Part shown: one piece after another, positions 35,761 through 46,159 of the stretch
Layout: every line of letters begins with the position of its first letter
How positions within the stretch are numbered: the first letter of the stretch is position 1
From: an uncultured Gammaproteobacteria bacterium
GTDB taxonomy: Bacteria; Patescibacteriota; Microgenomatia; JALYQM01
Direction: 5' to 3'
Assembly (NCBI GenBank): GCA_964525495.1
Contig: CAZGHS010000005.1
Location: forward strand, 12,599-76,598
Length of the DNA: 64,000 nt
Made by a program: the position numbers and the translations under genes
The notes under the pieces: model-generated
What the model was told of the DNA's origin: nothing
Databases searched by the model: none
The model's input: only the letters and a program-made list of their open reading frames with translations

Positions 35761-36666
35761 TTATGCAGTGGGAACTAATATCCGCAGTGCTTGTGGAATA
35801 ATTTTAGCGCTAATATTTTTTGTTGTCATTTCTAAATCATCACACATAACTGTTTGACTAGAAGGCACAACAATCGATACTTCCTTAGCTTGCCAATGTG
35901 AATACACGTCCTCAGCTTTTTGCTGCATTAAAGCACTTCCCGCAGCTTTCATAACCGAAGGGAGATCACCCTTATGCAAAACTATTACATCAAGCATTCC
36001 ATCAGTGCTATCACTATCCGGAACCATCGAGACATCTTGAAGTCCAATATTGCCGACATTTCCAATCACGATAGCCACACCTTCAACATCTTTCGTTACA
36101 CCATCAATTATCAAAGAATATTTCTGAGGTTCAGATTGTAAAATATGAGAAATTGCAGTAACACCATATGCCAACTGTCCGATAGCCGCCTTCAAATTCG
36201 GATCTGCTTTAGATACCATATCAGCAACAAAGCCTATATTAATACGCAAAAGAAAATAATCATCACCGCACATGCCAATATCCATCCGCTTTTCAGTTAG
36301 AGAACCGGTCTTTATGAGATCAAGAGCGGCTTTACTATCGATAGGCATTTTTAACTCTTTAGCAACAACATTCGCAGTGCCACCAGGCAGTACAAACATA
36401 GGAATATCTTGATGAGCCAAAGCTTGCGCTACCTGACAGACCGTACCGTCACCTCCATAAACACATATAAGATCAGCTCCTGAGTGTATTAAACCTTCTG
36501 CAAATTCCTTTGCATCGCCCTCTTTTTTAGTAACAAGCACGTCCCAATGAATCTCCGAATCCTTAAAAGCTTCAGCTATAAAAGACAAAATAGCTTCATC
36601 TTTACCTGAAACCGGATTGACAATTATTTTAATATTTTTATACACAACAGTATAAATATAACACAC
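35761..36666 (-). CDS. Lipid kinase of the diacylglycerol-kinase catalytic domain family (YegS/BmrU-like)
   Basis: IIVNPVSGK...LICVYGGDGTV...LPGGTANVVAKEL are DAGK_cat signature motifs. 301 aa. Confidence 0.7.
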   Translation of the reverse strand: MCYIYTVVYKNIKIIVNPVSGKDEAILSFIAEAFKDSEIHWDVLVTKKEGDAKEFAEGLIHSGADLICVYGGDGTVCQVAQALAHQDIPMFVLPGGTANVVAKELKMPIDSKAALDLIKTGSLTEKRMDIGMCGDDYFLLRINIGFVADMVSKADPNLKAAIGQLAYGVTAISHILQSEPQKYSLIIDGVTKDVEGVAIVIGNVGNIGLQDVSMVPDSDSTDGMLDVIVLHKGDLPSVMKAAGSALMQQKAEDVYSHWQAKEVSIVVPSSQTVMCDDLEMTTKNISAKIIPQALRILVPTA

Positions 36667-36741
36667 ACCAACAACATTAATAGCAGTGATGAATAACCGA
36701 TTCTAAAAACCTATCGAGAGCAGTATAATAGCAAATACTGC

Positions 36742-37929
36742 ATGAAAAACTATATCAACCTTATCCCCATCCTATTCGGATTACTAATAATAATACTAAC
36801 GGTTTTCTTTCTGTCCATGAAATCTAAAAATAATTCTACCACGGATAACACACAAGCCATTCTTCAATCCTCATGGCAGCAGTACAAAAAAGATTTCATC
36901 ACGCCAGAAGGTAGAGTAGTGGATCCAACGCAGAACAACACCACAACATCCGAAGGCCAAAGCTATGCGCTACTGCGCTCTGTCTGGATAAACGACAAGA
37001 TAATGCTTGACAGGGTCTGGAAATTTACCAAAGAAAATATGAAGCGCCCTTCAGATAATCTCTTCGGATGGAAGTGGGGTCGGAGATCAGACAACACAAA
37101 TGGGCCCCCACCAAATGGAGGAGAGGGTTCCGCAAGTGATGCATCAAACGACATCGCACTAGCCTTAATCCTAGCTTCTAATAAATGGAACGATCCCGCG
37201 TACATTACTGAAGCAAAATTAGTGCTCACAAGTTTGTGGGAAGTAGAAACCGCTGAAGCAAACGGCAAAAGATACCCAACAGCAGGAAATTGGGCTACTT
37301 CAAACACAGAAATAGTGATTAACCCATCATATTTCACTCCGTATGCCTGGAGAATTTTCGCAGCAGTCGACCAAGATCACGATTGGAACTCACTGATAAA
37401 TCCATCCTACGAGCTTTTAACGAAAGCATCACAAAGCAATTTAGATAAATCGTCATCAGCAAATCTGCCTCCGGATTGGGTTATTATAAACAGGCAAACA
37501 GGAGAATTATCTGCAGTAAAAAATCCCGATCTTACCACCAAATACTCCTACGACGCGATCCGTATACCATGGCGAATCGCTCTAGATTATCAATGGAACA
37601 AAGATCCACAAGCAGCAACCTATTTAAGTCAATTAAAATTTTTGTCACAAGAATACAATCAAAACAAAAAACTTTTTGCTGAACATACACATGATGGTCA
37701 AATAGTGGGAAGATATGAAAGTGCTTCAATGTATGCAACTGCCCTGGGATATTTCATGATTCACGACAAAAAAAATGCTGATGAGATATATCAACAAAAA
37801 ATCCTTCAGCAATACGTCACTACAGAAAATACATTTAAAAAAGATGTACCTTATTACGAACAAAACTGGCTATGGTTTGGAATAGGACTGTATAAAGATG
37901 TACTTACAAGGTATAACATTACTAAGTAA
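36742..37929 (+). CDS. Glycoside hydrolase family 8-like (endoglucanase/BcsZ-type) with an N-terminal membrane anchor
   Basis: TSEGQSYALL resembles the GH8 catalytic-region motif TSEGQ[SG]Y. N-terminal TM segment; 395 aa. A TATAAT at about 36724 lies just upstream. Confidence 0.65.
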   Translation: MKNYINLIPILFGLLIIILTVFFLSMKSKNNSTTDNTQAILQSSWQQYKKDFITPEGRVVDPTQNNTTTSEGQSYALLRSVWINDKIMLDRVWKFTKENMKRPSDNLFGWKWGRRSDNTNGPPPNGGEGSASDASNDIALALILASNKWNDPAYITEAKLVLTSLWEVETAEANGKRYPTAGNWATSNTEIVINPSYFTPYAWRIFAAVDQDHDWNSLINPSYELLTKASQSNLDKSSSANLPPDWVIINRQTGELSAVKNPDLTTKYSYDAIRIPWRIALDYQWNKDPQAATYLSQLKFLSQEYNQNKKLFAEHTHDGQIVGRYESASMYATALGYFMIHDKKNADEIYQQKILQQYVTTENTFKKDVPYYEQNWLWFGIGLYKDVLTRYNITK

Positions 37930-37938
37930 AATTAAATT

Positions 37939-39456
37939 ATGCTTAATCTAAAAGTGCTCCAAAAGAAACTTCAGCGAGTAGACCAAAAAACCGCACTCAT
38001 ATATAGTACCCTCGCCGTAATAGTCCTGGTTGGTTTATTCCTCCGTATCAATGATTTCTCCAATCGCATTTACATTGGAAACGAACAGGGGCGCGACTTT
38101 TTCATTAGCCTCGTTGCCGCTCAGGAGCTCCAGTTACCCATGACTGGCCCATGGTCATCCATCGGCCCGATCACAACCGGACCCTGGTACTGGTATTACC
38201 TCATTCTCATGCGACACCTAATTCCGCACATGTTATCACCTTGGATTGCAACGACCATAGCCTCTCTTCTTACAATCCCCATAATGTATAAAATAGGTAG
38301 CTTAATCTATGACAGATATTTCGGTCTAATATTAGCTGCTCTGGCAGCCTTTTCAATCACACTTATTGAAGCAAGTATTTATCTCACAAACCCATACTTA
38401 TTGGGGTTTACCTCATCACTGACAGTACTCTGTTTCCTTTTGAGCTTCCGTAGCAAGCGTATGATTTATCCGGCGCTTACGGGTCTGTTAGTAGGTATCG
38501 ATTTACAAATTCACTATCAGGCACTTATGCTTGTAGTGCTCCTATTCGGATTTTTTCTTTTGCCTTCTCAGAAAATCAAAGCATTTGCATACTCACTCTT
38601 AGGTTTGTTCATATCCGCAATCCCAATGGGGTTCTTTGAACTGAATAATCATTACTTCAACATATGGCACATGGCCGACTTCTATTTCAATGTCTCAGAA
38701 ACATTCTATACACCACGCCGATGGCTTACTTTCACTACAAACACCTTTCCTAAACTCTGGGGAGATGTGACGGGAGGCGGACTACTTATTGGCAGATTAG
38801 GAATGGTCCTCTCAGGGGTGACGCTCGCGTTTCTCTGGTGGAAAAAGAAGCTCAATAAGGAATCAGTAATTCTAATTATTGTTTTCGCTATACAAATAAT
38901 AAGTATTCGGTATTGGGTAGGGGAAATCTATGTAGCCCGCATACAGTATTTAATTCCATGGATACTGCTATTCACTGGAGCTGTACTCTATACTGCGATT
39001 CGTATACATAAACTTCTAATAGTACTTTTGCCGTTATATATACTTCTCATTTGGTCATCAGTAAGCTCTTATGTGTTCTCACCCAACAAGGATCTAGTAA
39101 GAATCAGACAAGAATTACAACAAATACAACAGAGATATCCGAATGAAAAATTTAGCATTTATTATTGTGAGGTAGACCGTATTTCAAGGGATATGAAGGA
39201 TAACTATTTCATGACTATGTATATGGAAAATATGTATAGCGAAAACGGAAGAAAGATCGCCATATGGCGAAAACGAAATATTCCAATCGTAGACGAAGAA
39301 TGTGGAACCCCGACAAACATTGTACCTGTCATAACTAGTGTTTGGGACATAAATGATGATGAAAATGATGCGTTAACTAAAAAGGGATGGAAAGAGGAGT
39401 CACCAACAAATTTGTACAATCGCTCAGTAAAGTGGTGGTACGACGAAAAGCCATAA
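37939..39456 (+). CDS. Polytopic membrane protein, possible uncharacterised GT-C-like glycosyltransferase
   Basis: 505 aa, more than 10 predicted TM helices, with an N-terminal TM segment followed by an acidic loop (GNEQGRDFF) in the position of the DE loop of GT39 enzymes. No confident family match. Confidence 0.4.
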   Translation: MLNLKVLQKKLQRVDQKTALIYSTLAVIVLVGLFLRINDFSNRIYIGNEQGRDFFISLVAAQELQLPMTGPWSSIGPITTGPWYWYYLILMRHLIPHMLSPWIATTIASLLTIPIMYKIGSLIYDRYFGLILAALAAFSITLIEASIYLTNPYLLGFTSSLTVLCFLLSFRSKRMIYPALTGLLVGIDLQIHYQALMLVVLLFGFFLLPSQKIKAFAYSLLGLFISAIPMGFFELNNHYFNIWHMADFYFNVSETFYTPRRWLTFTTNTFPKLWGDVTGGGLLIGRLGMVLSGVTLAFLWWKKKLNKESVILIIVFAIQIISIRYWVGEIYVARIQYLIPWILLFTGAVLYTAIRIHKLLIVLLPLYILLIWSSVSSYVFSPNKDLVRIRQELQQIQQRYPNEKFSIYYCEVDRISRDMKDNYFMTMYMENMYSENGRKIAIWRKRNIPIVDEECGTPTNIVPVITSVWDINDDENDALTKKGWKEESPTNLYNRSVKWWYDEKP

Positions 39457-39459
39457 GAG

Positions 39460-41109
39460 ATGAAACAACTGACAGCATACATCTTTCATATAATTTTTGC
39501 TGCAATCATAGTACTTGCAACAGGGTTACAATTATTCCGTCTCAATTCTGCACCTGGTGGGGGCTTGGTAGACGAACCAGCCTTTGGATATAGCGCGTAT
39601 TCAATGCTGACTGACTTAAAAGACGAACACGATGTCTTTTTGCCGCTCGTGTTCGAATCATATGGCGATCAGAAAATGCCCCTCTACGTGTATATACTCG
39701 TCCCATTCATTAAAATATTAGGACTAACAGATGCTGCAGTCAGGCTACCGGCCGTACTCAGCGCAATAGTACTGATTCCTTTAGCATACATATTACTCAG
39801 ACAGTGCGGTGTTTCAAAATGGGGAGCAGTTACAACCTGTGCAGTTTTTGCCTTCTCACCATTTGCTTTCATGATGGGCAGAATCGGGCGTGAATCAACT
39901 CTTGGTCTAGTTTTTTATATTCTCGCCCTTATAACATTCTTCCACGCGCTCAAAACAAAAAAATATCTCTACATAATTCTTTCCGTTATATGTTTCGCAG
40001 GTTCCTGGTACAGCTATGTTGCGTATAGATTTGTAACGATCTTTACCTTACCTGTCCTCTACGGAGTATCACTATGGAAAAACCAACTACCGTTCAAACA
40101 GGCAATCATTGCAGCTTTTGCCTTCATACTTCTCATAATTCCTTCAGCCACCGCTGGCTCCATCTTAACTGCTCGAGTAAACCAAGTAGGTATATTCGCT
40201 GACAAAGGCGCTGCGCTTGAGATTACGGAGAAACGGCAGTATTGTGCGCAAAATAACGGAGGAGTGTTATGTCGAATAAACGCAAATAAAGGCGTAGTCT
40301 ATGGCAGAAGAATTATTTCCGAATGGATACAAGCCTTCTCCCCTCAATATTTATTTTTGACGGGAGACAAAGAACTTTTTGTACAAAACGTCGAAAACTA
40401 TGGTCAATTTAGTCTATTTACATTACCCCTCTATTATCTCGGCCTGTTCGCATACTTTCGTAATAGAAAAGAGTACAACCAAACTCATTGGTATATATTT
40501 CTCCTTATCATCCCACTCGCAGTCCTTCCAGCAGTTATCGCTGGACTCCATCAGAAAATGCGTACTGCACCTTTCGTATTCCTTAGTCTGATTCCTATAG
40601 CGTTCGGATTAGACTATGCACTGAATACAGTGCGTTCATATACGAATCATTACAAAGTGATAAGTGCATTAATACTAACCTTTTTAATTTTCGTTTCAAC
40701 AATCATTTTTCAGTTAGACTTTCATACAGTTCATATCTCAAAATATAGCACGCTGTATAACGCACAGCTCACACCCCTCATGAAATTTTTAAAACAATAT
40801 GAAGACAAGACTCCCGTATACATAGCGACATTCTCAAGTGACCCGATTATGTTTTACGCGTTTTATAACCAAGTATCCCCTGTAGACTACAGAAAAAACG
40901 TGACCTACTTTGACCGAGACGGTGGGGGATTCAAACATGCACAATCATATAAGCAAATCAGAATTCAAGATATTGACCCTCAAACAATCCAAGAAAAAAG
41001 ATTTCTGTATGTTACAGATAAGAAATTACCTTACAAACAAATATATGTAGGGAAAACAGAAAACAAAGTGCACGAACTAGTTTATGTCTACGAAATAGAG
41101 AAAAACTAA
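39460..41109 (+). CDS. GT-C fold glycosyltransferase, family 39/PMT_2-like (paralog)
   Basis: LVDEPAFGYSAYSM loop motif after the first TM segment; 549 aa; polytopic. Confidence 0.75.
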   Translation: MKQLTAYIFHIIFAAIIVLATGLQLFRLNSAPGGGLVDEPAFGYSAYSMLTDLKDEHDVFLPLVFESYGDQKMPLYVYILVPFIKILGLTDAAVRLPAVLSAIVLIPLAYILLRQCGVSKWGAVTTCAVFAFSPFAFMMGRIGRESTLGLVFYILALITFFHALKTKKYLYIILSVICFAGSWYSYVAYRFVTIFTLPVLYGVSLWKNQLPFKQAIIAAFAFILLIIPSATAGSILTARVNQVGIFADKGAALEITEKRQYCAQNNGGVLCRINANKGVVYGRRIISEWIQAFSPQYLFLTGDKELFVQNVENYGQFSLFTLPLYYLGLFAYFRNRKEYNQTHWYIFLLIIPLAVLPAVIAGLHQKMRTAPFVFLSLIPIAFGLDYALNTVRSYTNHYKVISALILTFLIFVSTIIFQLDFHTVHISKYSTLYNAQLTPLMKFLKQYEDKTPVYIATFSSDPIMFYAFYNQVSPVDYRKNVTYFDRDGGGFKHAQSYKQIRIQDIDPQTIQEKRFLYVTDKKLPYKQIYVGKTENKVHELVYVYEIEKN

Positions 41110-42791
41110 TCTGCAATTTTTTCTTTAATAAAACCTTTTTCTAACAATCGAGCAGTAACTTCGTCCACAGCATCTTTGCGGATATAAAGTTTTGCTTCAA
41201 TATCCACCTTCAACGTTATCGACGTAGTAGTAACATATGCTTTGTTCCCTTTGCGGTAATCAACGTAATGCACGTACTCTTCCGACAAGAAATCCAAAAA
41301 AGGCACACCAAATGTTTCCGGACTTTTACCTAAAACATAAAAATATTTATCAAAATAGATAACTTTGGGGCGTTTACTACGAATCTCATCAGTCATTGGT
41401 TGGACCAATCCCGCCTCTTTCATCGCTGGGATCATGATCTGGTATCGAGAAGGCACTTGAGCATTCATGTACCACAAATCCTCAAAAGCAAATGGACCTA
41501 TCCACGCATAGTCGTCTTTAGTTATTGCTGCATTCACCATAGGAGCAATGTCAGGACGATCATAAATTAATGGCATTAGACCCATATATTTACTGTAGGC
41601 TTTATCGGAAAAATATTTAATAAATGTCAGTGAAGAGAAGCTAAACAAAATTCCACAAATACCAAACAACCCATATAATATAAACATTTGCGGCCGGTTA
41701 AATGACTTGTCACGCAAGGCAACATACGCTCTCCACAAAAACACAAACGAAACAAATAAACACAACACAAAATACACAGCAATCTGGTAATCAGGCTCTT
41801 TAGACGTCAAAGGATTACTACGAACATTGGCAAAAGTTAAAACACCTAATGTAAACGCAGCGAATATAAACTGTTTTCTAAATAACAAATAGATCACAAA
41901 ACACACAAACCCCACAGCCAAAGCAACATTCACAGGATACTGCAAACTAGCACTAGGAACCTGCGTCAACAGGCTTAGCGTATTTGAAAAAAACATATAC
42001 GTAATGGCTACTGCATAACGAATCGGATTAAACGAAGACGATCCTTCCGGTCGAGGATAATTATAAATATAATAATTTTTGTTAAATTCATACGCCTGGC
42101 GATAAAAATCTCCAAGATTACCTTGAATAGCAAATACAACAAACAAAAATATAAATGGAGCGCTCAAAAAACCAATAGCCGTAAATGCTTCTTTTAATAC
42201 GATTTTTTTACCATTGAAAAAATACCGATACAGCAAGAATGAATAGAACAAAGAACACACAAAAAAGTAAGTAAACGAACTCGTAAGCGCAAGAAAAACC
42301 AGCAGTCCAGGTACGAAAAGTTCTCTCGGGGTAATAGAACGCTCATATAGTACAAGCCCGGTACAGAATGCAAACACAGGCAATAAGAAAAGTGCCGCAA
42401 TACTGTCAGCAAGCAACATGTGTCCCCAAAAATAGGTCAGTGTAACCTGAAGAAAAAACAGAAACAGCAAGTATAGTCGACTAAATTCTGAAGGAAAACG
42501 TTTCCGTATAAACCAGTAACTCCATAAGAGATAGATACAAAGCAAAATGGCATACACTATGCGGAAACCAAAAAACGAAATGCCTGAAAACAATTGAGGT
42601 ATAACTGCAACAAAATATGCAGTCGGTCCATGGTGGGTAAAAAAGTCAGAATAAATCGGCTTACCTTCAATTAGGTACCGGCCTCCCAGAATATTGTCAA
42701 ACTCATCTGGATAGGACTCATGGACAGTATTTATCAGTCCAATACTAAAAAACAGGATAATTAAAAGAGTAACCTTTAAGTAATGCCACAT
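41106..42791 (-). CDS. Polytopic membrane protein, possible GT-C-like glycosyltransferase (opposite strand, within the GT39 array)
   Basis: 561 aa. N-terminal TM segment then SYPDEFDNILGGRYL (a DE-containing first loop), followed by many TM helices. No confident family match. Confidence 0.4.
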   Translation of the reverse strand: MWHYLKVTLLIILFFSIGLINTVHESYPDEFDNILGGRYLIEGKPIYSDFFTHHGPTAYFVAVIPQLFSGISFFGFRIVYAILLCIYLLWSYWFIRKRFPSEFSRLYLLFLFFLQVTLTYFWGHMLLADSIAALFLLPVFAFCTGLVLYERSITPRELFVPGLLVFLALTSSFTYFFVCSLFYSFLLYRYFFNGKKIVLKEAFTAIGFLSAPFIFLFVVFAIQGNLGDFYRQAYEFNKNYYIYNYPRPEGSSSFNPIRYAVAITYMFFSNTLSLLTQVPSASLQYPVNVALAVGFVCFVIYLLFRKQFIFAAFTLGVLTFANVRSNPLTSKEPDYQIAVYFVLCLFVSFVFLWRAYVALRDKSFNRPQMFILYGLFGICGILFSFSSLTFIKYFSDKAYSKYMGLMPLIYDRPDIAPMVNAAITKDDYAWIGPFAFEDLWYMNAQVPSRYQIMIPAMKEAGLVQPMTDEIRSKRPKVIYFDKYFYVLGKSPETFGVPFLDFLSEEYVHYVDYRKGNKAYVTTTSITLKVDIEAKLYIRKDAVDEVTARLLEKGFIKEKIAD

Positions 42792-42866
42792 ATTCCAAAT
42801 TCAGTATATCACTCAAAATATAGTATGCACGCCCACGATCCGGTATAATACCAAAAGAACAACAGC

Positions 42867-44513
42867 ATGATAAAAAAAGCCATTATTTTAGCCATTATTG
42901 TCATCGGAATTACACTCAGGTTCTATAACCTCGGAGAGGTTCCTTATTCAATGGACTGGGATGAAGTTTCACTGGGGTACAACGCGTATTCCATGTTATT
43001 GCAAGGAACCGACGAATACGGCAATACCTGGCCTCTCTCCATTCGTTCATTCAACGACTACAAACCACCAGCTTACGCGTACTTCACAATTCCTTCTATC
43101 GCACTCTTCGGACTTGATCAGTTTTCTATTCGTGCACCAAGCGCATTCTTTGGCTCGCTTACCATCATTTTTGTTTACCTGTTAACTCGTGAATTTTTTA
43201 AAAACTCAAAAAACAGCCAACTTCGTGAATATGCACCATTGACTGCGATGTTCATTTTTGCGATCTCGCCCTGGTCTCTGCAATTTTCTCGAGCAGCATT
43301 CGAAGCAAACATAGCAGTCTTCTTTGTGGTATCAGGAATGTGGGCAATCCTTCATTATTTGAATACTCAAAAGCCTAAATGGATCTACCTCAGCGCACTA
43401 TTATTGGCGGCTTCATTTTACTGTTATCACGCACCCCGCCTCGTAGTTCCACTTCTTCTTCTCGGCGTACTAATACGCTATCGTAATGCATTCAAACAGC
43501 AATACAAACATGTAATTATTGCCTCAGTTATCGCCCTCATATTCATAGCGCCTCTGGTAATTGTTCTGTTCCGAGGTACCGCTTCATCGCGCTTCACATC
43601 GGTCTCAGTGTTTAAGCCTTCCTTCGAAATGTTGCGAACCTTAGAATACGCCAGAGAAGACGAAGTAAAAGGCAAATGGGAATCCATATTTCACAATAGA
43701 AGAATGATTTACGCCTTGAGCATTGTAGAAGGATACGCAGACCATTTTTATCCCAGCAGTATGTTCCTCAAAGGAGATCCAGTACAACGTCATCATGCTC
43801 CCGGCATGGGTCATTTCTACTTACTCGAATTTCCTTTCTTCATCATTGGACTTATATTTCTTCTAAAAAAGAAGTTCAACTTTAAATGGCTATTCTTCTA
43901 TTGGTACTTTATTGCGCCAATTCCTGCAGCAATCTCAACCGGCACACCGCACGCCATTCGCAGTATTTTATTCTTGCCCATCCCACAGATCATGATTGCG
44001 GTTGGACTGATCGTGGCAATAAACTGGTCAAGGCAACAAATACAAAAAATCTCAAAATCCAAAGCACTCATATATTTCCCAGCTATACTCGTTATCCTCT
44101 CGTACATAGCAAACTTCACGTATTATCTCAATCAATATTACGTAAACTTAGATAAAGAGTACGCTCGTGAATGGCAATATGGCTATAAAGAATTAGTAGA
44201 AACGCTCAAGCCTATAGAAGATAAATATGACAAAATTCTGGTAACTACCGCCTGGGACCAGCCATATATATACTTTCTCTATTACAAAAACTATGATCCT
44301 CGAGTTTGGATAAACAATGGAGAATTCAATAAAGGGTTCGATAAATACGAATTCCGGCGTGTAATCTGGGCAGAGGACAGGAATTTAAAAAATACATTAA
44401 TAGTGGGAAGTTTCGGAGAAATTCCAGAAGGTGAGTCAGGAACGCTAAAAGTTATTACATTTCCTGATGGGAAACTCGACGCTTTTAGAATCTATGATAA
44501 TCCCAACGACTAG
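42867..44513 (+). CDS. GT-C fold glycosyltransferase, family 39/PMT_2-like (paralog)
   Basis: MDWDEVSLGYNAYSM loop motif; 548 aa; polytopic. Confidence 0.8.
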   Translation: MIKKAIILAIIVIGITLRFYNLGEVPYSMDWDEVSLGYNAYSMLLQGTDEYGNTWPLSIRSFNDYKPPAYAYFTIPSIALFGLDQFSIRAPSAFFGSLTIIFVYLLTREFFKNSKNSQLREYAPLTAMFIFAISPWSLQFSRAAFEANIAVFFVVSGMWAILHYLNTQKPKWIYLSALLLAASFYCYHAPRLVVPLLLLGVLIRYRNAFKQQYKHVIIASVIALIFIAPLVIVLFRGTASSRFTSVSVFKPSFEMLRTLEYAREDEVKGKWESIFHNRRMIYALSIVEGYADHFYPSSMFLKGDPVQRHHAPGMGHFYLLEFPFFIIGLIFLLKKKFNFKWLFFYWYFIAPIPAAISTGTPHAIRSILFLPIPQIMIAVGLIVAINWSRQQIQKISKSKALIYFPAILVILSYIANFTYYLNQYYVNLDKEYAREWQYGYKELVETLKPIEDKYDKILVTTAWDQPYIYFLYYKNYDPRVWINNGEFNKGFDKYEFRRVIWAEDRNLKNTLIVGSFGEIPEGESGTLKVITFPDGKLDAFRIYDNPND

Positions 44514-44573
44514 CGCTCATTTGCGTAATTTATGCGAATCAGATAAAGTATAAAAGAATAAAAAGGAATATAT

Positions 44574-46091
44574 ATGAATGAAACAGGTAAAAAAGTAGTA
44601 ATTCTCGGAGCAGGACTCGCAGGTTTAGCCTGTGGGCACGAGCTCACTAAGAAGTCCGATACTCAAGTGACATTAGTTGAAAAAAACCCCTATGCTGGTG
44701 GTTTAGCTGTTACATTCCGTAAAAATGGCTTTGTCTTCGACTCTGGGCCTCATCGATGGTTCACCAAATCTGACGAAATTGACGAGTGGATGCGAGATCT
44801 TCTCAAAGGAGAGCTTACTGACGTCAATCGCCTCACCCGTATCTACTATAAAGGTAAATACTATAACTACCCACTCAAGCCGCTCAACGCGCTTGCAAAT
44901 CTCGGTATCTTTCATGCAGTCTGGGCTATTTTGTCATATTTCAAAACACGTATCGCCATAAAAACTGGCCTTCGTACACCCTCAAACGAAAACATGAAAG
45001 ACGCCTATATTAACCTTTTTGGCACCAAACTATACTACGAATTCTTCCACTATTATACAGAAAAACTCTGGGGTAAAAAAACCACTGAACTTTCAGGCGA
45101 CTGGGTCTCGCAGCGCGCAAAAGGTTTAAGTATCTGGGGTGCAGTCAAAGATTCGTTTATTAAATCTAAAAACGTTGTCAGTTTAATAGACAAATTTATC
45201 TACCCCAAAACCGGGTTTGGTCGCATCGCCGAAAAGCTCGAGGAAGATATTCTTAAAAAATCACAGAACAAGATCCAACTCTCCCAAGATGTCATAAAAA
45301 TTGATTGGTCAGAGAAAGATGGCGAAAAACACATCAACTCCATAACCGTCACCCAAACACACGCAAAAGATATCCACGACGAACACATAGAAATTAGCCG
45401 CAAAGAACTTGGAAGTAAGCCGACCGCACAGAGCGATCAAACAGAAACATTAACTGCTGAGAACTTTGTTTCTAGTATCCCGCTCACAGAATTAGTACTT
45501 AAACTTACTCCAGCAGCCGATGAAAACGTTATTCAAGCAGCCAAAGGCTTATCCTATCGCGACGAAATACAAGTCACAGTTATGGTCAACAAAGCACACT
45601 TCACTCCAGACAACTGGGTCTATACCCAAGACTCCAAACTTATTTTCGTGCGTCTCATGGAAATGGATGCTTGGACCGACGGTCTTTCACCTGAAGGCAC
45701 GACATCAATAGTATTCGAACTCGCATGCCAAGAGGGTGACGAGCTATGGAACATGAAGGACGAGGACATTGTGACTAAAGTAGCCGAAAACTATATCGCA
45801 GAATTCCATTACTTCGAAAAAGAAAATATTGTGGGCTCATACGTTCACCGTGTACCAAAAGAATATCCTGTCTACGATCTCGGCTACAAAGAAAAAGTCG
45901 AAGCGCTTAAAGAGTATCTCAAAGGATTCAAAAATCTCCAGATCATCGGCCGCAATGGAACATTCAAGTATAACAACTCAGACCACTCAATCCAAATGGG
46001 TCTCTATGCTGCCAGAAATATCATGGGTGAAAATTACGATCTCGAAAACGTCAACACCGACCGTGCATATCACGAAGTAAAAAAGGTTTAA
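44574..46091 (+). CDS. FAD/NAD(P)-binding oxidoreductase (amine-oxidase/UDP-galactopyranose-mutase-like Rossmann fold)
   Basis: N-terminal dinucleotide-binding motif VVILGAGLAGLACGHEL...VEKNPYAGG; 505 aa. The exact substrate cannot be assigned from sequence alone. Confidence 0.65.
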   Translation: MNETGKKVVILGAGLAGLACGHELTKKSDTQVTLVEKNPYAGGLAVTFRKNGFVFDSGPHRWFTKSDEIDEWMRDLLKGELTDVNRLTRIYYKGKYYNYPLKPLNALANLGIFHAVWAILSYFKTRIAIKTGLRTPSNENMKDAYINLFGTKLYYEFFHYYTEKLWGKKTTELSGDWVSQRAKGLSIWGAVKDSFIKSKNVVSLIDKFIYPKTGFGRIAEKLEEDILKKSQNKIQLSQDVIKIDWSEKDGEKHINSITVTQTHAKDIHDEHIEISRKELGSKPTAQSDQTETLTAENFVSSIPLTELVLKLTPAADENVIQAAKGLSYRDEIQVTVMVNKAHFTPDNWVYTQDSKLIFVRLMEMDAWTDGLSPEGTTSIVFELACQEGDELWNMKDEDIVTKVAENYIAEFHYFEKENIVGSYVHRVPKEYPVYDLGYKEKVEALKEYLKGFKNLQIIGRNGTFKYNNSDHSIQMGLYAARNIMGENYDLENVNTDRAYHEVKKV

Positions 46092-46159
46092 GTGGAGTCT
46101 GGACATCCGCCTCCAACTGCGGTACGCTATCTACGTATAGTCTATCTAAAGGGGTTCTC

